From Mobula hypostoma (lineage: Eukaryota), in the NCBI RefSeq assembly GCF_963921235.1, contig NC_086097.1, forward strand, positions 24,244,001 through 24,308,000: a stretch of DNA of 64,000 nt. The letters run 5' to 3'. A program made the position numbers and the translations under genes. Under the pieces are notes generated by a model. The model did not search any database. It was not told where the DNA came from and worked only from the letters and a program-made list of their open reading frames with translations. This document shows positions 49,469-60,645 of this stretch, one piece after another (positions within the stretch are counted from its first letter, which is position 1; every line of letters begins with the position of its first letter).

Positions 49469-50889
49469 GGAGCTCCTGACATAATAGGTGCACCATCACT
49501 AAACACTACAGCAGTTCAGGATAAAGGCTCTCCACTATTTTGTTAAGGACAATCAAAAATGTGCATTAACTTCTGGTCTTGCTGGTTATATCCAAGTATG
49601 AAAGAAATTATTCTTCTGTTCCTTGGTGCTTTCAAGTGACATTGTCTAATCTACCTTAGTGTGAACTCGTATTTTCAATTGAAAAGTGACAGAGCATTGT
49701 ATGAAGAAGTAAAAGTCAGAGGCTTCAATGGGTGAAGGAAATATTAGTTTCAGTGAATTTTGCCTTGTTCAAAGTTCAAAGTAAATTTATAATCAAAGTA
49801 TGTATCACCATATACTACCCTGAGATTCATTTTCTTGTGGGCATTCACGGTGGATACAAAGAAACACAATAGAGTCAGTGAAAAACTGCACACAAAGACA
49901 GAGAAACAACCAATGTGCAAAAGAAGACAAAATGTGCAAATACAAAAATATAAATAATAGATGGTATTGAGAACATGAGTCATTGAAAGTGTTTCCTTGG
50001 GTTATGGAATCAGTTTAGCGCTGAGGTGAATGAAGCTTATTTTGCCATTGTTTCTGACACAAAATGCTGGAGGAACTCAGGCAGCATCTATGGAAAGGAA
50101 TAAAGAGTTGATTTTTCGAGCTGAGACAAGGTCCTGATCCAATATTGTTTGTGCAGTTTTCTAAAATCAAAGACTCACTGGAGAAATTCTGGATGTAAAG
50201 TCAAATAAAGTCAAATTTATGCTCCACAGTTCCAGTTACATCACCCACATTTCTTTCCATCCCTTATCCATCTGCTTCTCAAAGGGTTTATTGTCTCTGC
50301 TCCCCATATGAGGCATTCTGTCAAAGGTCATGAGGTTCCTTATGAATCACTATCATATATTTACGCATGTTCCCGTGTTGTGGAATCAAGCCTAACCCTT
50401 TGGTGGGCTTGTACTGTTCCTTTCACACATTCTGCTGTGTGAACTTGCCAAACACACTTGTAAAGCAGTGATCTTCATAGGCAATTTGATTTTTTCTGCT
50501 GACAATTGCAAATGAAGTCAATCACTAGAAGTCTACAAAACAGTCTGTGAGATGCCAGACAGGTGACAGAGGCTTTTACATATGGTACCAAAGCAGCAGA
50601 TGAATGAAAAGTAGGTCAGGGAGTTTTGCAATATGTTTGCTAGCTCTTGTGTTACTTCAGTGAGATCTCAGACACACACACACTCACAACGAGAGCACAG
50701 ATGCATTAAGCTGCGTACCTTTCTTACCTGCTTGCTTCTTTTATCTATGGTGATTCTCAGCAGACTGTCTGCTGCTCCAGTTTCCAGCATCTTCAGTCTT
50801 GCGTGAATATTCATCTTGTGTCCAGGCTAACCCGGTTTAAAAGATCACAGTTACCTGCAGGCTGACCAATTGACATTTATCATAAGAGA

Positions 50890-51332
50890 ATCTGGTTGGG
50901 TTGAGTTGTTCTCTGATCTTGGCGATTTATTTGCAAAGTTTCATCACCATGCAAGGAGACATCATCAGTGCGCTGTTGATTATGGTGTGTTCTCCAAATG
51001 CTTGGTCTTTGTATACTTTTCAATCAGCTGACTAGATATCATTTTGGGAACTCAGTTGTGATGTAAGGAGGAAATCTTGTCGCTGATTGGCTGCGTGGCG
51101 AACTTTGTACATTGTGGTCTGGAATTTTGCGCACATCGGCTCATAAGTAGGATCAAGATCTACATGTTTGTTTTCAGAACAGTTTTGTGGAAAACCACAC
51201 TTCTAGGAATTCTCTTGAATGCTGCTTGCTCGCTTACGCCGTGATTTTCACTGATGCCCAGTTGAATTTGTCTCCCTGTCAATCTTCATGGGTAGAGACT
51301 AGGGAGAGTTGGTCATGTCGCTTCACAGCCAG
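50890..51332 (-). mobile_element. Penelope-like element family 2: GIY-YIG C-terminus plus 3' UTR with hammerhead
   Basis: Minus strand from 51332 reads LAVKRHDQLSLVSTHED*QGDKFNWASVKITA*ASKQHSREFLEVWFS, then frameshifted NKHVDLDPTYEP. Absent from the ORF track because of stops. Confidence 0.8.
50933..50971 (-). ncRNA. Minimal hammerhead motif of Penelope family 2 (decayed)
   Basis: GCA-CTGATGA-T-GTCTCC(ttgcat)GGTGAT-GAAA-C-TT-TGC. Confidence 0.65.
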
Positions 51333-51968
51333 AGAATCTTTTATGTTAACTTTGCTTTGCTGTGGTGAGTCTGGAAAGAGTGAGGTTATAGAGTCATAGA
51401 GTACTACAGCACAGAATCATCTCAACCGAGTCAACCTGGTCTTCTGCCTAGTCCTATTTAGCTGCATCTGGAATACAACCCTCCATACCCCATCTTCCAT
51501 CCACCTATTCAAATTTTTCATAAATGTTGCAATTAAACTTTCATCTACCATTTCCACTGGTTCCACACTCCCACCACCCTCTGAGTGAAGAGGTCCCTCC
51601 TCTGATTCCCCTTAAATATTTCACCTTTCACCCAAAACCTATGAACACTAATTCTAGTCTCACCCCAACTTCAGTGGAAAAGGCCTGCTTGCATTCACCC
51701 TACCTCTTCCCCTCATAATTTTGTATACCTCTATAAAATCTCCCGTCTTTCTCTTACATTCCAGGGGGAAGAAAAGGACCTTACCTGTTCAAACATGAAA
51801 TGCTGGAGGAACTCAGCAGGTAAAGCAGCATCTATCTAGAGGAATAAAGAGTCGACATTTTTGCCCAAGACCCTTCATCAGGAGGTCTCAGCCTGAAAGG
51901 TCAACACTTTATTCCTTTTCATAGACACTGCATGACCTGCTAAGTTCCTCCAGCATTTTGTGTGTGCT

Positions 51969-52588
51969 ATGATTATGAAGACAGGTAGTCCTCTTTTATT
52001 GTCATTTAGTAATGCATGCATTAAGAAATGATACATTATTTCCTCCAGTGTGATATCACAAAAACACAGGACAAACCAAGACTGAAAAAACTGACAAAAC
52101 CACATAATTACAACATATCGTTACAAACAGTGTAACAATACCATAACTTGATGAAGAAGTCCGTGAACACAGTAAAGTTCAAAGTTTCTCAAATGTCCCA
52201 CATCTCACGCAGATGGGAGAAGGAAGAAAAACTCTCCCCGCCATGCCGACCACGGTCCGGCTCTCAGTCATCCAAAAACTTCAAGCTCTGATCAGCTCTC
52301 CGACACCGAGTACTAAGTGCCATCTCTGTCCAAACGATTCGACCTCCTTCTCGGTTGCCAAAAGCAGGCAAGGCCGGGGATTTTGAGGCCTACCCTCCGA
52401 AAGATTCCCGACCACACAGTAACGACAGCAGTGGACGGGTGTTTCAGAAATTTCTCCAGATGTTCCTCTGTGCTTTCACGTCCATTCTCCATCAAATCAG
52501 AATTGTCCACGGCCCCTATTTAACAGATACAATATCAATTTTCACCAGAGGGCTGCGCACGCGCGGCGCGCTGCCATCTTCTCCTCCC
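51969..52588 (-). mobile_element. Family A retroelement, copy 3, inserted in the arm of a Penelope fold-back unit (~51795-51968 plus ~52590-52628)
   Basis: Head GGGAGGAGAAGATGGCAGCGCGCC; host reads ...cagcattttgtgtgtgct | ctggatttccagcatctgcaga. Confidence 0.85.
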
Positions 52589-53065
52589 GCCTGGATCTGG
52601 ATTTCCAGCATCTGCAGAATCTCTTGTGCCGACCTGTTCAACCTTGCCCAATAACTTGGGTCTTCAAGTCCCAGCAACACTGTACATTTTCTAAATGTTA
52701 ACATTCAAAAATATTTGGAATCTTAGTCATGAGTAATGGATTTTCAAGGGTTGTGAGCTTTCAGGAAAGGTTCATAGAAAGCTCAGGGGTCATGACCATT
52801 CTAATACTATGGTCTATCAACATTTGGTAATTGAGCGTGACTGATGCTAGAAGCAGGCAGGGACTTGATGGAATAAAAAGCCTGTAACAATTCTCTATTT
52901 CCATGATCTAATGCTTCTGGAATCAGAGTGTCAAAACACACCGGTTTATTAACCTGCCAATATTCGTTGACTAGTCACATTCACTGGGAAATGTTACATC
53001 CATAAAATCTCAGCCAGTGGCCACCACCGGTGCTCCTGCAGCTGAGGCATTACTGACGCACTGAT

Positions 53066-53663
53066 CATACCTCACTTGGAGCATTGTGAGTAGTTTGCTC
53101 ACAATACACCCTTATCTAAAAAGGCTGTGCTGGCATTGCAGCGGGTCCAGCGGAGAATGGAAGGGTAATGTACAAGGAGCATTTGATGGCTCTGGGCCTG
53201 GAGCTTAGAAGAATGAGTGAGGATCTCATTGAAAGCTACTGAATATTGAAAGGCCTAGATCGGGGGTTTATGCCATGAACCTCTATCATTAACCAAGGAT
53301 TCCATGGATCCCAGGTTGGGAAACCTTGGCCTGGATGGAGTGGACGTGGAGTGGATGTTTCCTATAGTGGCAGAGTCTAAGTCCAGAGGATGCAGCCTCA
53401 GAATAGAAGGATGTCCCTTTAGAATAGAGTGAGGAGGAATTTCTTTAGCCAGAAGACGGTGAATCTGTGGAATTCATTGCCATGGATGGTTCTGGAGGCC
53501 AGGTCATTCAGTATAGTTAAAGAGGAAGCTTGATAGGTTCTTGATTTGGAAGGGTGTCAAAGAGGAGGAGAATGGGGTTGAGAGGGATGATACATCAACA
53601 GTGTGGAATGGTGGAACAGACCTGATGGGCTGAATGGCCTAATTCTGCTCCAATGTCTTATGG
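53066..53663 (+). mobile_element. CR1 LINE 3' fragment
   Basis: Homologous to 21880-22442. Confidence 0.8.
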
Positions 53664-55979
53664 TTTTCTGACCCTGTCAAATCTTTGAAAGCTGTTATAT
53701 TCGATGAAGAGGAAGAAGAAAATTGCATATTATTTTTAGCTGACGTTTTACAAATGGCAGAAAGGGAATCAGGTTTATTATTTGTTGTTCCATAAAACAA
53801 TACTATAAGTTATATATAAATAAGTAAGTAAATAGTGCAAAAAGAGCAAAAACTGAGATCATGTTCATGGGATAATGGACTGTTTAGAATTCTGACAGTG
53901 GAGGGGAAGAAGCTGTTCCTAAAATGTTGCCTATTTCTATCTGCTTATGATTAACGAACAGGGGATAGGAAATAAAAGAAAATTTTCTGCAGGACCTCGA
54001 TGGGTGAGCAGGGGTTAAATGAAAAGGCAAAATAAATGTCTTCAATGCAGATACAGTTGATTTGTCCCCTTGGAATAACTCAAGCCTAGTATGAATGTGC
54101 TGTACGGGTCTGTGGAACAAATTCGGCTGCAGAATGCCCCCAGCAAGTTGTGTATGCACTCAGAGCTAACTGTGTGTAATCATTAGTAAAAATGAGCACT
54201 GTTCTTCAGCTCCAGTGGCCACCCTCTTCCTTACCAGAGCAGAGAATTGAGCACTGTGTACTCGGTTTGCATTCGCAACCTTAGTTCCATTAACGGCAGC
54301 GGCGACTCTGAATCAGATTCATTTATTTATCACATGTACATCAAAGCAGACAGAGAAATGTGTCATTTGCATTCACAACCAACACAGCCAAGGGTGTACT
54401 GGGGGTGGCCTGCAAGTGTCACCACACATACCGGAGGAATAGAGGGAAAGAGGTGAGGTGGGTAACGAGTGAGGTATATGAATAGTGGGAGAATTTTGGA
54501 TCACTCTCAGAGTAGAAGGATGTCCATTTAGAACAGTATTGAGGAATTCCTTTAGCCAGAGGGTGGTGAATCTTTAGAAGCCATTGCCGCAGACAGCTGT
54601 GGGGGCCAAATCATTGGGTCTATCTTGATATGTTCTTGATTAATAAGGGCATCAACGGTTACAGGGAGAAGCGGGTGAATGGGGTTGAGGGGGGAAATAA
54701 ATCAGCCATGGTTCAATAGTGGAACAGACTTGATGGGCCAAATTGCCTAATTCTGCTCCTGTGTTTTATAATCTTGTAGTGTGAGTAATGGGCAGATGGA
54801 GAGTGCAGAGAGGGGAAGCAGCAGGGTGATGGTGACAGAGCTTTTTGTGTGTTGCTCTGGATTTCCAGCCCCAGAATCAGCTTTAATATCACTGGGATAT
54901 GTCGAGAAATTTGTTGTCTTTGCATCAGCAGTACATTGCAATACATGATAATAGAGAAAAAAAACTGAATTACTGTAAACAAATAATAAATATATATAGA
55001 TAGATACATATAAATAGTTTAATAATAGTTTAATTAAATAAATAGTGCAAAAATAAAAATTTTTTAAAGTAGCGAGTAGTGTTCATGAATTCAATGCCCA
55101 TTCAGAGGGAAAGAGGCTGTTCCTGAATTGTTGAGTGTGTGCCTCCAGGCTTCTGTATCTCCTTCGTACCCACAGATCTGCAGTCTGTTGTGTCTATGCC
55201 CTCATCTGCTTTTCAGCTACAGCTTCAACTTCCTCCTGGTCAATCTCAGGATTTCTGAATGGACAATTAACTCGTGTCCACTACTCAGATCAGATCGGTA
55301 TGTATATGTATATGTTCTGAACTGATTCTAACAGAAATCTCAATGGCAAAACTGACAAGTTACCAAAGCAGGTCCAAGCTATTTGTGAATATTGCTGACA
55401 CAGAATTTCTTTATTTTTTTTCCTTCTCATTGGCGGGAGAATTATTGTCTTGCCGCATTTATTGCCCATCCCGAACTATGGGATTAGCTAATGAGTTGTT
55501 CACATTGGTAGGATGGAAATCACTGATGGAACAGACTGGATAAGGACCGCAGATTTTCTCCCTGAAGGACATTAATGTACCAGATGGGATTTTAGCAACA
55601 AAACCCTATAGCTTTATGGTTACCATTACCGAGCTTAGCTGTTTCTTTTAAACTCCAGATTTATTTAATTACTTGAAATTTAATTCCTCAGTTTCCACAG
55701 TTGGAATTGAATTGATGTCTTTAGATCAATAGACTCTGGCCCGGTAATTTAACTGCCGTGTTGTTGTAACCCCAAGCTTATATAATGGCTGTTCGGAAGT
55801 GATTCATTGATGTGAGGTGCTTTGGGCTGTTAGAAATGTATGCAATAGAGCATTAGGAGCTTTTAAATTCAGGAGTTAATATCCTGCTGTCTTTGTATGG
55901 TGAGCAGGATAGCTGACATTCAATTATCTCACCATCAGCCAGATTTTAAAATTCACATTATTCTGTTCAGATCTGTACA

Positions 55980-56785
55980 TGGTCTCACCCCTCTGCAACA
56001 TTCTTCAACTCCCCAACTCCGGTATTACCCTCCCAAAGCTTCTCCAACTCCCCAACTCTGGTCTCACCCTCCTAAACCTTCTTCAACTCCCCACCTCAGG
56101 CTTCACCCCTCTCTGACCTTCTCCAACTCCCCAACGCTGGTCTCTCCACTTCCCAAACTTCCAACTCCCCAACTCTGGTCTTCCCAGTCCCCAAACCTCC
56201 AACTCCTCAACTCTGCTATCACCCCTCCCAAACCTTTTCCAACTCCCCATCTCTGGTCTCGCTGTTCTCCAAACTTTTTCAACTCCCCAGCTCTGGTCTC
56301 CTCGCTTCCCAAATTTCTCCACTTCCCCAACTCTGCTATCACCCCTCCCAAACCTTACCCAACTCCCCAACTCTGACCTCACCCCTCTCTGACCTTCTCC
56401 AATCTCCAAACTCTGGAATCCTTACCCCAAAATTCTCCAACTCCCCAACTATGACATTACCCCCAACTCCATTCTTCCACTTCCCTACCTTTACTAACCT
56501 CCCAACTCTTGTTTTACCCATTCTGAACCTTTCCCAAGCTCCCAAATGTGGTCTTGCTCCTCTCCAACCTTCTTCAAGCCCCCAACTCTTGATTTCTTCC
56601 CTTCCTGCTCTGTCCAATACCCACCTGTGCTCTCAGTCTCCCTCAAACATCTCCACCCCCAACTCTGATCTCACCCCTCCCCAATCTTCTCCAAAACCCA
56701 AATGCGATCTGTTCCCTCCCTTCTCCAGCCTCCCAACTCTGATCTGACTTCCAAACCACCATTCTCCTCAGCTCTGGCCTCTTTC
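55980..56785. repeat. C-rich minisatellite, ~39-40 bp unit, roughly 20 degenerate copies
   Basis: Unit approximately CCCCAACTCTGGTCTCACCCCTCCCAAACCTTCTCCAACT; unit starts at 56011, 56050, 56089, 56129. Confidence 0.9.
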
Positions 56786-57299
56786 ACTCCATAACTGGCA
56801 GTCCTGAATGTTGCCCCCTGGACTCTAAGCTCTAGTCCTCACCATTTCTTTCACCACATTTAAATCTGGACAAACCTTAAACCTTCAGTCATCTCCTCAT
56901 ATCATCTTCATTGGTTCATTATCAGATTCTCGGTGCACTAAACACCTTGGACTGACTTACTTGAGGACATCCGACGAGATGCTGCAGCAAGCTTTGTTTT
57001 CACCAAGTCCTAGCTCCCATTTCGTCCTTCCAGCAGAATTTCCGTGGCTTCTGATTCTCACCTGATCCCACTTATCCTGTTCTGGTAAATGGGATTGGTA
57101 TCAATATGCTTCATGAGAATGTGCACCTACTGGAATGTGAAGCAAAGAAGTTCAAATTCAAGTTTAATTGTCATTAAAGCATACATGAATACAGCCAAAT
57201 GGAACAGAGTTACTCCAGGGCCAATGTGCAAAACATAATGCCAATTGTCACACACAGCACAAAGTTCATATAAGTGCATATAAGGTATCCGTAAAATAT

Positions 57300-57672
57300 G
57301 TTCATTCATTATGCACCATGTTGTATGCCATGGGCGATCATGGTCTTTCCATGACCATGATTGTTCTTGATGAATTTTTCTACAGAAGTGGTTTGCCATT
57401 GCCTTCTTCTGGGCAGTGTCTTTACAAGATGGATGACCCCAGCCTTTACCACTATTCCGAGATTGTGTGCCTGGTATCTCTGATTTCATAAGTGAGGCTT
57501 GTGATATGCACCAGCTGCTCACACAACCTTCCACCACCTGCTCTCATGGCTTCACGTGACCCTGATCAAGAGGACTAAACAAGTGCTGCGCCTTGCCCAA
57601 GGTGACCTGCAGGCTATCAGAGGGAAGGAGCGACTTACACCTTCTTTGATAGAGATGTATCTCCACCCTGCC
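57300..57672 (-). mobile_element. Non-autonomous RTE-related element (same family as 12920-13300)
   Basis: Minus strand gaaggcaatggcaaaccacttctgtag and tail cataatgaatgaac. Confidence 0.7.
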
Positions 57673-58235
57673 ATCCTAAGTAATACACAGTCACACAAAA
57701 AAATGCAGTCCATAACCCTGAGTCCACAAGTGTTACAGCAGTCTGCAGTCAAACACAATACGGCTTGTCTTCTGCCAAGCAGACTCTGGGGGGCAGCACT
57801 GAATCCACCTTGGACAGCTCCCCCCACCACCCCAGAACTCCAGTGGAGTGTGCTGACCCCAAGGCCCCTCTCCTGGGCAGCTGTAAGCAGGCGATACCGT
57901 GGCTTGAGGCCTAGTCCACACTACGACTGAGGCCATGCTGCTCCTGCACCATCCACCAATAAATCAGTGAATCCGACTTGCAGCATTCCACATTAACAAT
58001 GCCCAACAGCATCTTGCAATCACAAGAAAAGCGACTAAGATGATAAGACATAACTGTTGGATGAAGTCAGCATGTCAGGCAGTATCTGTGGAGGCCTAGC
58101 CAGCATTTCAGGTCGAGACTGCTGCAGGGTCTAGGCTTGAAATGTTCTCCATCCCTCTGCCTCCACAGATTAGATTAGATTATGAGGACACACAGTCCTC
58201 TTTTATTGTCATTTAGTAATGCATGCGTTAAGAAA

Positions 58236-60004
58236 CATAGAAACATAGAAAATAGGTGCAGGAGTAGGCTATTCGGCCATTCAAGCCTGCACCGCCATTC
58301 AGTATGATCATGGCTCATCATCCAACTCAGAACCCTGTACCTGCCTTCTCTCCATACCCCCTGATCCCTTTAGCCACAAGGGCCATATCTAACTCCCTGA
58401 AATATAGCCAATGAACTGGCCTCAACTGTTTCCTGTGGCAGAGAATTCCACAGATTCACCACTCTCTGTGTGAAGAAGTTTTTCCTCATCTTGGTCCTAA
58501 AAGGCTTCCCCTTTATCCTCAAACTGTGACCCCTTGTTCTGGACTTACCCCACATCGGGAACAATCTCCCTACATCTACCCTGTCCAATCCCTTTAGAAT
58601 TTTATACGTTTCAATAAGATCCCCCCTCAATCTTCTAAATTCCAGAGAGTATAAGCCTAGTTGATCCAGTCTTTCATCATATGAAAGTCCTGCCATCCCA
58701 GGAATCAATCTGGTGAACCTTCTTTGTACTCCCTCTATGGCAAGAATGTCTTTCCTCAGATTAGGGGACCAAAACTGCATACATTACTTCAGGTGTGGTC
58801 TCACCAAGGCCTTGTACAACTGCAGTAGTACCTCCCTGCTCCTGTACTTGAATCCTGTTGCTGTGAATGCCAACATACCATTCGCCTTTTTCACCGCCTG
58901 CTGTACCTGCATGCCCACTTTCAATGACTGGTGTACAATGACATCCAGGTCTCTTTGCATCTCCCCTTTTCCTAATCGGCCACCATTCAGATAATAATCT
59001 GTTTTCCTGTTCTTGCCACCAAAGTGGATAACCTCACATTTATCCGCATTAAACTGCATCTGCCATGAATTGTCCCACTCACCTAACCTATCCAAGTCAC
59101 CCTGCATCCTCTTAGCATTCTCCTCACAGCTAACACTGCTGCCCAGCTTTGTGTCATCCACAAATTTGGAGATGCTGCATTTAATTCCCTCGTCTAAGTC
59201 ATTAATATATATTGTAAACAATGGGGTCCCAGCACTGAGTCTTGCAGTACCCCACTAGTCACTGCCTGCCACTCTTTGCTTCCTGTCTGCCAACCAATTC
59301 TCTATCCACATCAATACCATACCCCGAATACTGTGTGCTTTAAGTTTGCACACTAATCCCCTGTGTGGGACCTTGTCAAAAGCCTTTTGAAAATCCAAAT
59401 ATACCACATCCACTGGTTCTCCCCTATCCACTCTACTAGTTACATCCTCAAAAAATTCTATGAGATTCGTCAGATATGATTTTCCTTTCACAAATCCATG
59501 CTGACTTTGTCTGATGATTTCACCACTTTCCAAATGTGCTGTTATCACATCTTTGATAACTGACTCTAGCATTTTCCCCACCACCGATGTCAGTCTTACC
59601 AGTCTATAATTCCCCGGTTTCTCTCTCTCTCCTTTTTTAAAAAGTGGGGTTACATTAGCCACCCTCCAATCCTCAGGAACTAATCCAGAATCTAGAGTTT
59701 TGAGAAATTATCACTAATGCATCCACTATTTCTTGGGCTACTTCCTTAAGCACTCTGGGATGCAGACCATCTGGCCCTGGGGATTTATCTGCCTTTAATC
59801 CCTTCAATTTACCTAACGCCACTTCCCTACTAACATGTATTTCCCTCAGTTCTCCATCTCACTAGACCCTCGGTCCCCTACTATTTCCAGAAGAATATTT
59901 ATGTCCTCCTTAGTGAAGACAGAACCAAAGTAGTTATTCAATTGGTCTGCCATGTCCTTGTCCCCATGATCAATTCACCTGTTTCTGACTGCAAGGGACC
60001 TACA
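58236..60004 (-). mobile_element. Young 5'-truncated CR1 LINE (~1.77 kb, RT domain and C-terminus, pseudogenised)
   Basis: ANVTPLFKKG..PGNYR..LTSVVGK..QHGF..YLDFQKAFDKVPH / FTIYINDLD..KFVDDTKL..LYKALVRPHL / RRLRGDLIETYKI..TRGH..FFTQRVVNLWNSLP; 8-bp (TTTCTATG)n tail; TSD AAGAAA at 58230-58235 and 60026-60031. Confidence 0.95.
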
Positions 60005-60025
60005 ATGTTCCCTACAGTCTCTACA

Positions 60026-60645
60026 AAGAAATGATACAATGTTCCTCCAGTGTGATATCACAGAAACACAAGACAGACCAAGACTGAAAAACTGACAAAA
60101 ACCACTTAATTATAACATATAGTTACAACAGTTCAAGCAATACCGTAATCTGATAGAAGAACAGACCATGGGCACGGTAAAAAAAAATCTGAAAGTCTCT
60201 CGAAAGTCCCAACATCTCACGCAGATGGTAGAAGGAAGAAAACTCTCCCTGCCATGAGCTTCCAGCGCTGCAAACTTGCCGATGCAGCATCCTGGAAGCA
60301 CTCGATCACAGTCCGACTCTCAGTCCGTCCGAAAACTTCGAGTCTCCGACCAGCCCTCCAACACTGAGCACCGAGCACCACCTCTGCCGAGCGCTTCGAC
60401 CCCAGCCCTGGCCACCAGCAACAGGCAAAGCCAAGGATTTGGGGCCTTCCCCTCTGGAGATTCTCGATCACACAGTAGCAGTGGCAGCGAACCCGGCATT
60501 TCAGAATTTTCTCCAGATGTTCCTCCGTGCTTCTCACGTCTGTCTCTATCAAATCAAAATTGTGCATGGCATCCTACTTACAAATACGATATCATTTCAC
60601 CGGAGAGGCTGCGTGCGCTGCGTTGCGCTGCCATCTTCTCCTCCC
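60026..60645 (-). mobile_element. Family A retroelement, copy 4 (its 3' end lies at 58168-58235, split off by the CR1)
   Basis: 58168-58235 joined to 60032 onward reconstitutes the sequence contiguous in copy 1 (gcattaagaaatgatacaatg); head GGGAGGAGAAGATGGCAGCGC. Confidence 0.9.

Noticed and set aside
55897..56747. Pro/Ser-rich and Gly-rich ORFs; CRISPR-like periodicity
   Set aside because: Translations of a minisatellite; units are contiguous and degenerate with no unique spacers or cas genes.
58370..59662. Three consecutive minus-strand ORFs as an operon or prokaryotic RT system (retron, DGR, group II intron)
   Set aside because: They are broken pieces of one CR1 ORF2 with a CR1 tail and TSD in vertebrate intronic DNA.
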